A stretch of 64,000 nt of DNA from Vitrella brassicaformis CCMP3155 (Eukaryota; Protista; Chromerida), in assembly GCA_001179505.1 (NCBI GenBank), contig CDMY01000264.1, positions 79,671-143,670 on the forward strand, given 5' to 3'. Of the stretch, positions 37,101 to 49,596 are shown in pieces. The position numbers and the translations under genes are program-made. How positions within the stretch are numbered: the stretch's first letter is position 1; each line of letters begins with the position of its first letter. The notes under the pieces were generated by a model. That model ran no database searches and had not been told where the DNA came from. It worked only from the letters and a program-made list of their open reading frames with translations.

Positions 37101-40100
37101 GGGGAACACGGCTTCCCTGTTGCAAGTCGGCGAAGTGATGTTGGCGGCGATATCGAACCGGCTCTCGACGTCTTGTTCGGAGACGCTCATCACGAGAGTG
37201 GACGTGTTGCCACGATCCGGCAGCCACGTCACCGTTGCATTGCGGGGAGCCCCTGATCGTAGACGTATCTGCAACAAGGCAGCAATAGGCGCCGATTCGC
37301 CTGATTGATCGGCTCTTCTCTCTTAACCTTCTCCGTGGGCTTGAACGTGTATATTTTGCGCTCGACTGACACAATTGGCTCGTTACAGCAGGTCTCCTTG
37401 AGCAAGGGAATCTGCACGCGCCTTGTTGCGGATACGGAAAGGTAGCTCTCGACCGTTATGACAAGCAGCAGCGGCTTCGAGCTGATCTCCTGAACCTGAG
37501 CCAGCAACGTCCGGCTCAGCACCAGCGTCGTGACTGGCCTCTTCAAGCCTGCACCACCACGACAAACGGTTGTCTGCCGGTTTACGCGTTATTGGCGTAC
37601 CTGATGCCTGCTCCAGCGTGTCAGAGAGCGGCAAACACAGCTGTCTCGGCTCACAGCCGAACGAAAACTTGACCTTCCGTCCGCCGGCTCCGCCCACCAA
37701 CACGTCCACGCGCAAATCCTCTTTGCCACAGGTAGAAAAATGGTCAGGTGCCATCACGCGGATGGAGGGAAAGACGGTGTCGATTTGGGGAGATGCCAAG
37801 TACTTCACGTCCTCGGTCGGGTTCAGCGTGCTCCTGACTTTATCTTGCAGAGACAGCGTCGCTCCCTCTCCAGCAATCAACAAGACGCACCTTCTGTCAG
37901 GCGTGGCCCACATGCAGTGGGCTCCCTGGCCAAAAAGGCCTATGCTGCCGATGGCCGCGCAGGGGTTGCTGCCCTTGCAGCAGAGAGGCGCCTCGAAGCA
38001 GACATGGGATACCGCGGGCGAGAAGGACGCGGCGGCTGACACAAGTCGGGGCTGAGGGTACGGCGTGTCCTCGGAATCGAGGGTACAGAAGGTGGAGCAG
38101 CCGTCTTGCGAGAAACGGTTAGAGTCGTCTGGATGGCACAGAAGAAGGGACACAAGCCATCACCCCCTCAGACCCCTGCGCATGGGTGCGTGTGCGCATA
38201 CCGCATTGTTCGCCTCCTTCGATCATCCCATTCCCACACCTGGCACTCTAAAGATGGAGAGATTAACACAGATGTGACTGTCTTCTCTCATCTAGGGTGC
38301 TTACGCAGTTTTTCGAAGGGTTCAGTGCCAGACATCCCTCCGCTGTGGTGCATGTCTCCCCGCATATATTGCCAGGGTAGACCTCGATAACCGAAGACGC
38401 TGCCGGCTCCACTGCAAAGTCTTCTGGGTCTTCACACGTGCCGCTGTCCGAGGCATCGCACAGACATGCCTTGAAGCTGCCCGCGTGGGGTGGAGCCACA
38501 CTGTCGCACACAATCTGCTCGTTGGTGGACTGCTGTGACGCTGGGCAGATGACAGCCGGGGCCGCCGAGCCGCAAGTTGTGCTTGCGTCGCCGGCAATAA
38601 GAGTCAGCCTGTCGCGTTGGGCATCGAAGTAATTGCCCCTGATGACCAGCGTGATATTCTCGCCCGCCCCGGGAGCCTTGCCGGGGTTCGACTGCTCCAC
38701 CGCAGTAACAACGCTCTTTTCTGAAAGGATACACACACACACAACGCATTCGAGGAGGCGGAAAAAGAATTGGATGGCAATCGAACTCAATCGATAATGC
38801 TCATCAGCCAGTTGCCCCCGCCGGCGTTTTTGGAAGGTGCGAAGTTGTTCGCGGCCGAGCAGTCGCCGTCGAGTGTAGGTGAGGCATCGCACTTGCAGAG
38901 ACACAGCTCGGGGGCGACCCTGTATGCCACCGTGGTGCACACCAGCGACGGGTCGCATATCAGGTCAAATCCCCCTGACTGCGCACAGGAGCCGCACGTG
39001 GCCAGCTTGAGTCGATCCGTCTGCGTGTCGAAGCCATCTGCCACAAGCTGTACTGTCTGCGGCTCGCTCTCGATCAGGACCTTCGGGCTGAAGTCCCTAA
39101 TAATGAAAGAGGCTATGGCACACACACACAAGAGAGATCATAAATGTAGAGGACAGGATGATCGTGGTCACCGGATAATGAGGCGAGCGGTTGAGGGCCT
39201 GGAATGATGATCTCTTGGATGAGCGCCACGGAGTCGTTCAGGATGAAGCTCAAGCTCTGGCACGCGACAGATGTAGTCTTCTCCTGCTTGCTAAGCGACA
39301 GATCCTCAGCCAGAACCACATCCGGCGTCCGCGGCAACTTCACGTCGGAGTCTTTGAAGAGGTTCTCCAGGATCCGTGCAGAGGTGTTTCTCGCCTGCGC
39401 CCTCAGCTGCTGATAACTCTCCAACAGAAACGTGTTGTTGGATCGCGGCACCCACTCGTCGTGGCAGAGGGCCACTATGTAGCCATGATCCGACGTGAAG
39501 TCGAAGGGGGCCGCAGACGAGCTCCGTGTCTTGCTTGTTGATGTCGTCCTTCAAATCCTCGGGAATCTCACAAGGCAGCAGATAGAATCTTTGGACTTTG
39601 AACTCCTCGAGCAGCTGCTCCAGCGATGATTGCGTGCCCGACAGTTCTGTCACCAGAGGGAACAGCATGAGCTCGTCTGAGCGGTCAAACCGCTTGCCAC
39701 TTAGAGTGACAGACAACTGAGGGCGCATGAGGCACACTGCGACATCTGCTCATGTGCCTCTGTGAAGATGTCCCACCTTAACCCCGACTTCTGGCGGCCT
39801 TGAGACGTCCACACTCTCAACCGATGCTTGCACTGACAAAGAGGCAGGCCGACACATGACAAGAGAAAGAAGAAAGCGGCATGTGTTCTCTTCGATATGT
39901 CTGTCACCATAGCAGGTGGACTGATCGTCTTCCAATCGAGCAGTGCCCGAGCACTGACACTCAAAGCCGTTGAGTCTGTCCACACACACGTCACTGCAGT
40001 TGTTCATCGACGATGCCGCGCACTCATTGACGTCTACAGAGCAAGGCAGTGTGAGACAGAATGCGTGTGCACGCGATCTCATTATCTCATCGCTTACCAA

Positions 40101-43100
40101 AGAGCAGCCCAGTGTACGAGTAAAACAGATTGCCTGAGCCGTATGAGTCAATTACAGCCCCCCCATGCGAAGTCACGCTCAGAGGTCCTTCTGCCGGGAT
40201 CTGCAGGGTCACGTCCAGATAAATCTCTTCCCGCACCGCTGCGCCAATCAGTGCCGCGCTCGTCACCTAGCACATGCACCTTGAAATCATCGTATCTCAA
40301 TATCTCGGCTGAGGTGGCTTACGTGTATTTGGCTGGTGTCGACATTCCGGACCAGCTCGGAGAACTCCAGTGTCAACACGTGCGTCTCATTGTTGGTAAT
40401 GACGGTGGCGTTTGTATTTGGCAAGACCACGTGCGGGGGAATGATCGCTGCTCAACAACAGATTCACAGCAAATTGCAAATAACGATTCATTTCAGATCT
40501 GTCCTCACGTGTCGTCCTGATGGCCCGCGTGGCGGCGACGGTCTGGACAGTGCCGCCCTCGTCGACAGCCACAAATGAGATATCGTGATTGGTGTCGGGA
40601 ACCAGCCCAGAGAAGGTGAAGACCCCACTGCTGCCAAAGGCCATCTGCTGCTTTGGTGATACGCTGGTGGTTGGTGGCTGATTGACCAAGTCGAAGTCGG
40701 AGACGGTGTTGGTCACAAAGTCGGCGCTCGTGATTGGCTGGCAGTATATGAACGCCGTCTCAGAAGCGACGACTTGCACCGTGATGGTCTCCTCACTAGC
40801 CACGATCGATGTCGCATTGAAGGGGAGAACGGGCGGTGTAATGTCCGAGTCCACCGCGGAAACTTGCATGCACACCTTTGGCTGACTGTTGTCTCCTTGG
40901 CTAACCGAATATCACTGTGAAGCTGGCCTGTTGAGTGTTGCCATTGCCAGCGAGATCCACAATCTTGCCCGCATCGATCTTCACCTCCACGTTCCCCTCA
41001 GCTACTGCTTCCAAGCGCACTAGGTCGCCGTCTATCGAGAGTATTGCGGCGTTGGTGAGCGTGAAGGTGCTCGCTCCGAGAGGCTGCGATGCCAGGACGA
41101 AATTGTCGTCGGCCACAGTCACGGTCACATTGAACTGTTGCTGTCGTGTTTTGGGCCCAGACGTGGAGGAAAGCGCGATGGTCGGAGGAATAGGGTCTGG
41201 AGGAGACAGCAAACTGCTTTTGTTGGTTCATGTGCCTCGTCCCTTACTGACCAAATTCGACGGTGATTGTGTTGGATCGCTGGTTGGTCAGGCCCTTGTT
41301 GTCCTCGGCCGCCCTTTCCGCCAGATACACTTCCACAGTGCCCCCGCCCGTCTTGGCGTTGGGCACGAGGATTGTACACCTGAAGTCTCTGCCGCTGATC
41401 CGCTCCCACGACGTCACATCACCCTTCTCCCCATCCACCATGAAGTACTGCGTAAAATCTTTGTTTGTTGTCGTGCTGGTGCTGAACCTCATGTTGACCG
41501 GGAAGCTCGCCGTGTTGACGAGGGATGAGGCCGTGAGGTCAACTGTCGGAATCCAGTCTAAAGCCTGGCCAGAACCGATGTAGTCTACACACACAGACAC
41601 ACGCACGCACACAGAGAGAGACCAGAGACAGTGCGGGTCAACCGAGTGGTGTCTCTCTGACCGAAAGTGACGACAAGCTGCAGAGACTCTTGATTTGGTT
41701 TGCTGGCGCTATCAACCGCCAGTCCCTCGTTTGCTTTGATCGTCACAACGTCGCTGCTCGGGGTGACGTCGAAGGAAAAGGTGCTCGGGCCTCCCGTGAC
41801 GCCTGCAGCGGTGATGTTGCCGTTGGTGACCGACAGCTTCGTCTGGTCGCTGATGGTGACATCTTTGCTGAATGCGATGAACACTCGGAAAGGGTAGGCT
41901 GCTGTGGTGTCTTGATTGTCCTGCAAATACAGCACTGCCGTGGGAATGGGCGTCGCTGACAAAGCAGACAATGACATGAGGCATCCTGTGTGTGACACTT
42001 CTCGTGTTGGTTGTCTCACTGTAGTCGACTGCGATCGAGGCTGGCGAGTTGCCCCTGTATGGGACGGCCGCATCGGCCACGACATCATCGCCGATCGTCA
42101 CGTTCACTCTGCCCTCGACGGTGGGACTCAGCTCAACTGTCACCTGTGCTGCAACGCACACACGCACACACACGAATATTCACGGAAAACAGGGAGTGGA
42201 TCTATCCTTACAAGCCCCCACGAGCACATTGGAGTACACGACGTCCGCTGATGGCTGCTGTGCGGGATTCAGCGCCTCAATAGAGAGCGTGAGGTCTTCA
42301 GTTCTGTTGAAAGTAGCGACGTCAATGGGCTCCTCCAAAGGTGATAACAACGGTGATGGGCAAAGACGCCCACGCCGCCTGGGGAGAGGACATGGTGGCC
42401 GAGAACGGCAGCACGGCTGCAATAAGCGCATGCATCACATGTGCATGTGTAGATGGTGTCTATCAGCACAATGCGCGTACTGTATGTAAACCTGAAAAGA
42501 GAAGTATATCCACAATGTATAATGCAGGCTGCAACACTCTCAGTTTATCGTCAATACGTGAAGTTGGTGTTGGGGTTTGGGAGCCCGAGGCCATCCTGTG
42601 GAGAAGCACGCACCCGCGTTTGCTCGATGCAACGGCACACATGCACGTATGTCTTCGTACCTTCACAATGCCGTGCATGACGGTCAGCATCAGGTACGTC
42701 ACACTTCCGCCTCCGGTCGGAGCGTCGGGCACTATCACAGCCTCATAGAGAGTGTCATTGCCAACAGCCGCCCTGTCAGTATACACACAGGTGAGCGTCG
42801 GCTCGTCACCGTGGTATGCACATGATGATGTCTCTGTGTGATCGTGCCTGATGTCGGTGAGAGTGCCGTTGGTGACGAAGGACTCGGTGGCCGGCGCGAA
42901 GCCCGCCGACACGCTCCCGCCAAATGAGATACTGAGAGTGATTGGGGTGGTGTAATAGCTCGGAGGCGGGTCGACGATTGACGGCGCGGGCACTGTGTGT
43001 AAGAATATACCCATCCGTATGTGTATTTGTATACGTTGACCTATGTGTGGCTGTGCATTTCTCAGGGGGATACCTGACTTGTGGTAGCACGTGCGTTTTC

Positions 43101-44279
43101 CTGGTGCGGCGGCGTCGTACGAGTCGATCAAGCCATAGAGGATCCGACACTCGGGCTCTTCCGGCTTCCCTGTGTGCTCAATCGCGGTGCAACGCCTGCA
43201 TACACACGTGAAGCACACATCAAGGTCAGTCAGTCGGTCAGCGCGGATTATACTCGCCGCACACTCACCTGTCCAGAAGGCACTCCACCGAGCAAATATA
43301 TCTTCTCTCCCAATCGCCGGTGTTGCTGTTCCAGTCAAGCTCGGTCAGATTGGCGATGCGGTAGAGTGTCTCCTGGCCGCCACTCCGACAACCACCACTG
43401 TTCTTAAACGCTAAAGACATCCATCAACATTCATATACGGTGTGAGATCGATCGATCGACCGATCGATCGCCAGTACGTATTGTCGTACCTCCTCCTTGC
43501 CGAACGATGCAGAGCGTGGTGGTGGAGTCCTGTGTGGGAGGGATCTTGGCCCAGCTATGGTGAATTCTGCAATGCCGCGTGCTGTCAATCTGCAGCCGAC
43601 ATGGACGTGCCCACGTATGGCATGCAGGAAGAGATACAGACATGTGTGAGAAAGCCTCACGTTGAGCTGGAATCCTGTACAGACAGGATGCGCGCTGCAA
43701 AGCAAATCAGACGTCACAGGTTCACCCACACCAAGCGGCACGTGCCTCGTTTGCCTGTCTTCAAAAGCTGCTTACAGACACAGTTCTCCACATTCCATCT
43801 TCCTGGCCTCGGTGTCGCCCTCAGGGATGCTCGTGCTCAGCGTATAGTCATGGAGCGGAAGAGTGTCCGTGTACCTGTGTACAACACGTACAACACAGAG
43901 ATGTACGTACGTGTACACGTACGCACGCACGCGTAGGATACGTATATATTTATGTACTCAAAGAATCTGCCCTGGCTGGGGCAGCTGCCTTCGCAAATGC
44001 AATCGGACGTCACATCGGGCTCTCCACCAACGCGCGACATACAGGAAAACAGCCACTCATTGAAACCGACACAACTGGTGCGCTTCTGCTCACTGAATTC
44101 ATCTGTCCACTCTGCAGCATCGCCTGCAGAAAACACAGGAGACAACACATGCTCAGCTGTCGCCATCTGCAGTGCAAATGTGTGCATCCCCCACCTGTCC
44201 ACAAAAGCAACTTCAACGAAAGGACAAGCAAAGCACGAGCAATGGGCACCGTCGTGATGATCCCTTTGCGGCCGTGCAT
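31140..44279 (-). CDS. Full-length polycystin-1-like adhesion receptor: signal peptide, Cys-rich region, bacterial-type Ig-like repeats, FN3-like, EGF-Ca, REJ-like, GAIN/GPS, TM1, long cytoplasmic loop, further TMs
   Basis: Start MHGRKGIITTVPIARALLVLSLKLLLWT. Ig repeats, e.g. PPTIALSST..IVDLAGNGNTQQASFTVIFG (40901-41212). EGF-Ca DVNECAASSMNNCSDVCVDRLNGFECQC (~39900-40040). REJ-like LPPGDYLIYSHITDALNN. GPS CACTHLTTF (34949-34975). HPVLSA..YNPFSTRAQRFAVLEASLMG. Stop TAG 31140-31142. Confidence 0.82.
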
Positions 44280-44472
44280 CGTTGCCCGTGCTCCCCCCTC
44301 CTCAGCTGCCTTTGCAGACAAGAAAACACGTGTTGTCGGCTGCACTGTTTGCAGCCGCCCTGTTTTCACCGGCCCCCGGCAGCGCGGCTCTCGTTCAAAT
44401 GCCGACTGGCCGCTTAATAGGGGGATTGCACCTCAAAGAAGGGAGGGAAGGGAGAAAAGCCGATCTTTGATC

Positions 44473-44502
44473 CAAAAGCTCGCAAAATGGGCTAAGCTCG
44501 CA
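44473..44502 (+). promoter_or_regulatory. Two AAGCTCGCA motifs in the PKD1-like/Mpv17 bidirectional promoter
   Basis: CAAAAGCTCGCAA at 44473-44485 and CTAAGCTCGCA at 44492-44502. Confidence 0.55.
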
Positions 44503-44530
44503 GACGCAGCGAGGATAGATCTTTCCGTGG

Positions 44531-46926
44531 ATGGGCGGCGACGAGAGAGAGCGGCCCAGACGAGGGCCCGTCCAGCGAAGATGCGCAGATTCGAACAGGT
44601 GTGTGCTCACAAAGATCAGAGATCACACGACAGACTGTCTGTATCTATCTTGGGTGTATTGTGACGCTCTGGTGTGCTTGTCAGACATCACTCTTCGGCC
44701 ATTCTCGCAACAGGGCGTCGATCAAGCAGCAGCCTGGCTTGCATAATTTTTGCCTGCTGCCTGCTGCCTCTTTCGGGCGCCTTTCGACCGCCTGGCCCGC
44801 TGCTGTCAACGGCGGCCGTCACTCGGTCATCCCTTGCAACGAACAGGAGGCCAGCACATCGGTCGGCAGATGTTCATACACGGTGTACACATGAGGGGAG
44901 GGGTGGGGTGACACGGATGGCGGCAAAGCAGAGGGACGACAAGAAGATGACCAAAGAGGTGCGGTGCGCGGCTGTGAGTGTGCGAGCAGATCTACACACC
45001 TGTGTCTTGTCTTGTCTTGTGGCTTTGTTCAATGTAGGTGCTAAAAGATGTGGTTGAGCAGGACCGGCAGATGCTCGTGTCGTTGGTGATGAGCAACATG
45101 GACCGCGGCGTCTCAACACAGTGCGTGCCGATATGGATGGACACTCTACATGCTCTGCACTGTTCACGTGTGCATGTGTGTGTGTGCGTGTTGTGGAATG
45201 CATACTGCAGGTCTGAGACGAGGAACGCTCAATTGCAGAACCTGGCGGTGCTGGGGCTCGTTATTGCCTATGTCGTGTGGCAGGTACCTCCTAAGCCACA
45301 CACATGCATTGAAACGGACGTGTGCGCAGGATTGGCGTGTAATTGTGTTGATGTGTTTCTCTCTCTGTGTGCACCTATGCAGTTTTCAACGGTCGACATG
45401 AACATATGGCGGGGCTGGTACGTGCACACACACAGAGAGATAGAGCCTCGAGAGACCTTCATATCCTCCCTCCCGTGTGTGCCATCCATGTGCACAGGTC
45501 GATTGAGGAGAAGCTCTTTCGGCTGGTGCCCGCCAACTGGAACGCATACGAAGTACAAACGTATTGATTGCATAATTCGTGTGTCTGTGCATACCCGGGG
45601 GGTGGTGTACCTGTATGGCATGCATATTGGGATCATCTGTTGTGTGTGCACCACTCACAGGAGGCCCTTGCGCGCGAGCCCCTCTTTGTGAAGAGTGTCC
45701 TGACGGGCGCCACCTACTTCATCGGCGACTGGATCGCGCAGAGCGTCGAAAACAAGGTGGGTGCGTATGCATTATGTGTGCATGTGCGCGAGTGTCCATG
45801 TGTCCATGTGTGGATGTGCGTGATGTGCCTGTAGGGCAAGAATCGTGATCCGCTGTTGATTGACCGGTGGCGGCTGCTGAGGAACACAGTCCTGGGATTC
45901 GTCCTGCTGGGTGGGTACACACGTGTATGCGCACTTAAAGTGGTGCTCATATGTGTGTGTGTGTGTGTGTGTGCGTGTGCAGGTCCTATAGCGCATTACT
46001 ACTACGATTGGAATGCGAGCTGGCCGTTCCCATGGTGCGTGCGTAGATACCTGGACGCCTGCGTGTGTCATGTGTGGCTGTGTGCGCACGTGTGTGTGTG
46101 TGTAGGTTCTTCAAGCTTTTCATCGATCAGACGTCATATGTGCCCTTTCATAACACGGTGCGTGTGTGTGTGTGTGTGTGCACATATCACACATACATGT
46201 GTGTGTGCAGATCTACTTCATGTCACTAGAATTGCTCGCTGGCAAAAGGTACGCCCGATGAACACGTACCTGCTCACCTGTCTGTCTGTCTGTCTATCTG
46301 TCTGCGCGTGTGTCCTTGTGCAGAATCGGCGAGGCTTGGAAAGACTACAAGGGCAAGTTCTGGGACTTTCTTTTCGCCGGTATGCGCCCACACACACTCA
46401 TAGATTCCAGTTGGTCCTTGGAAGACTGTGAGCACATTGCTATCATCAGGTTGGCGTCTGTGGCCGTGGGTGAACATCCTGACCTACACAATCATTCCCA
46501 TCAGACACAGACTCCTCTGGTATGTACCCGCTCTCACACTTCTCAACACACATGTGCCCAAGACATGATGGGGAAACCTCTGTGTGTGTTTTCAATAGGG
46601 TGGATTCGCTCGAGATTGTTTATGCGGCCATTCTCTCTCTGCTGGCCAACGAAAAAGATGCCAAGGAAACACCTGCCGGACCATCATCAGAGCAGGACTC
46701 CCCACCGCCACCACCAGCAGCACCAGCAGCAGTTGAAGCGCCTTCCTCTCTCTCTCACCACACAGAGCAGCCGGCACACGGCCACACACGCGTGGACGTG
46801 CACGCCGACACAGAGGGAGGTGGTGGTGGTGGAGCTGGTGAGCAGCACCTGATCGATCCCGCTGCTGTCATCACGCCAGAGACCCCAGCAGTAGATGAGC
46901 AGCAGAGGAATGTCGTTACCAGATAG
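44531..46926 (+). CDS. Mpv17/PMP22 family membrane protein, possibly plastid-targeted
   Basis: EALAREPLFVKSVLTGATYFIGDWIAQ, DRWRLLRNTVLGFVLLG|PIAHYYYDW, GWRLWPWVNILTYTIIPIRHRLLW|VDSLEIVYAAILSLL. N-region LACIIFACCLLPLSGA-FRPPG. Start codon uncertain. Confidence 0.85.
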
Positions 46927-47839
46927 ATTGCCTGTGTGTGGGCGTGTGTGTGTCGGGGGGTGGGAGGGAGGGTGTTCGGGTGCTCTGCCTGAGCGACGAG
47001 CGAACCGATCGGATGACGCGGGTGGACGACGAGAGAATTTTTCTCCTACATGGCATGGCTGCTTCATGGCGATGTGAATGTGTGGCGGAGGGGTGGATGT
47101 GTGTGGCTATTTGTCGATACTGGCAAAAATACACATACAGGCAAGGCAAGTGTACACATCGAGTGCTGAGGCCACGGGGAAGTCAGGGACGGAGACAGGC
47201 TGCCGTGGGTGGCGTACAATAAATATATATACTGGCGAGTGTAGTGAGTGTACAGTTGACACACACTGGGAGGGAGGGAGGGAGGGAGGGAGGGCAGGGA
47301 TGGTTTTGGCTTTCGCTTTGGTTTCGGCCGTTGCCCACTGGCTGGGCTGGCTTTGCACGCTTGCTGTATGTCCCCACCACCGACATTGCTTGACCGAGAG
47401 AGCAATCAATCCGTGTACACGTACGTACAGCATTCGTGTGCCAACATCGTGATGGATGTGGTGAGTATATGTACACATGACTGAGAGTTTTTTACACGAC
47501 GATGCAGGGAAGTGTGCAGGCAGTGTGAGTTTCTTCGTCCGTGTCAGTCAGTGTGTGAGAGCTGTGCTGACGTGTGCTGTGTAGTAGCTACACAGGACAT
47601 TGAACATTGACCTCAAGTCACGAGTGTGTCCATCATGATGAATGGCGGGCAGATACGTACGCACATGTACGTACGCGCCAGTCAATGATATGTCAAAAAG
47701 TATCGCCACTTGCCCCTCCCCTCTCTCTCGGCTGACTGCTTTGCTTTGCTTTGCTTACTCCACATAAAGTGTAAGTACGTGACACATACAAAAGGCCACA
47801 AACAAACACGCCTAACGTGTGTGTGCGATCATTGGGTCA

Positions 47840-48639
47840 TCATCTCTGCCTGCTCTTCATGTACATGTACGCAGCGACCAGCGCCACCGACACGCCCGCA
47901 ACCACGACAGGCACCAAGGGAAACGACACTGATCGCGACGGCGGCGCCTGATCCGTCCACACACGCATCCATCCATGTGTGTGCTTGTGTGTATGTCTAT
48001 GTCTGGCTTACCTCCTGGGCCCATTTGGGCACGTTGGTCTTGAGCAGCGTGCCGGTGGGTCCAGTGTCGTTCTCGTGTCCCACCAGAGTGCCGACTTCGA
48101 ACTCCTGGGCCTTGTCCCTGGCGAAGTCGCTGTGGCCCACGTCCTCATACTCGTCGGACACATCCCGACCTGCACCATCGACCACAGACACAGACACAGA
48201 CACAGACACACAGACACAGACACAGACAGGCACAGAGTGAGAGATTTCGGCAAAGACAGACAGAAAGACAGAGAGGGAGGGAGAGGCAGGCAGTGCGCTC
48301 AGACTGCCGACAGACAGACATGTATGTATCTATACACACCTGCGATTCTGACGACGACTTCGGGGCCGCCCGGATGGTCCTTGAGGAAGGGCGTCACATC
48401 ATATACCTGCAATGGATGGACCGGTGGGGTGGACCGATGGACACACACAACACACACACAGAAGGGTTGCATTCCACATCACATGTGTGGAATGCCAGCG
48501 GATGTGTGTGCGCGTGTGCGTATGTTTTTGGTTTGATTGACTGACTGATTAACTGACTGACCTTGCCGTGCACGGCTATCCAGCAGTCCTTCTCACGCGT
48601 GTGCTTGGCCAGCTCATCCACACTGATCACACGCACCAT
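47840..48639 (-). CDS. CYB5: Cytochrome b5, tail-anchored
   Basis: MVRVISVDELAKHTREKDCWIAVHGK|VYDVTPFLKDHPGGPEVVVRIA|GRDVSDEYEDVGHS. C-terminal TM PLVPVVVAGVSVALVAAYMYMKSRQR*. Confidence 0.93.
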
Positions 48640-48690
48640 GATCTCCTGCAGCTTCTGCTTCAACGCAGTCAAGACTCTCCAGCAGGCTGC

Positions 48691-48699
48691 CGCGAGCTT
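48691..48699 (-). promoter_or_regulatory. AAGCTCGCG variant motif in the cytochrome b5/Rsm22 bidirectional promoter
   Basis: cgcgagctt on the + strand; one mismatch from AAGCTCGCA. Confidence 0.4.
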
Positions 48700-48813
48700 G
48701 AAACCGATCATCACCTCTGGCAGATCTGCTGAATTTGGGCAGCGGAATGGCGTGAAATAGTCAGCGACGAACGCCAGCAAGCCCATTCGACGGAGATCTA
48801 TCCATCTCCACGG

Positions 48814-49546
48814 ATGTCTGCACGTCGCCACGCGGTGCGGCTGTGTGTGCGGCCGTTCGGGACGTCACCAGCAGCGGCAGCGGCAGAGGCAGTGCCACCA
48901 CCGCCAGCACAGGGGGGCATCTACAGGGGATTCAAGTGAGGAGATGGCTCTAATGAATCAACGGTTGTTTCTGTGCGTACTGTGCGTGTTGTGTGGTGCA
49001 GGTTTGACCGTGTGGCTGACAGCAAGGCCAAGAGCCCCGAGGAGCTCATAGAGCTGGACCAGATGGCCATGGTTGGGATGAAGGTGGGCGATGGGATAGA
49101 GGCAATGACAGAATGACAGCAATGAGAGGAATGAGTTGTGTGTGTGTGTGTGTGTGGCCGATGTGCAGAGTTTCAAGCTGACGCTCAAGATCCGCACCAT
49201 TATCTCTGAGATGCTCAAACGGTCACACACACAGACAGACAGACACACACACACACAGACACACACACAGACATACACACAGACACACACACACACACAG
49301 ACAGACAGGCAGCCATGGAGGGCTGACTCTTCGTGTGTGTGCATGTGTTGTTTGTGTGCAGGTTTGGGCACAAGGGCGATCTCGAAGAGATGGGCAAATA
49401 CATGCAGGCAGGGGCAGCCAGCCACTGTCAAATGAATGCATAGACACACAGCCCAGCCGCCTGTGTTTACTGTCTGTTGCTTACACACAGATGCGGCTGC
49501 GCACGCGCACGTCAGCCGAGGTGCCACGCGTCCTGCCCTCAAGTAA

Positions 49547-49596
<50 letters not shown>

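Noticed and set aside
23161-48639. OSC + 2OG oxygenase + cytochrome b5 as a sterol biosynthetic gene cluster
   Set aside because: Cytochrome b5 is ~20 kb away with unrelated genes between; there is no P450, reductase or methyltransferase of the sterol pathway. Only the OSC/oxygenase adjacency is kept, at low interest.
48640-48786. In-frame N-terminal extension of cytochrome b5 (MGLLAFVADYF...)
   Set aside because: That ATG is only 27 bp from the divergent Rsm22 ATG and the extension covers the shared promoter motif. Starting at MVRVIS (48639) gives a normal b5.
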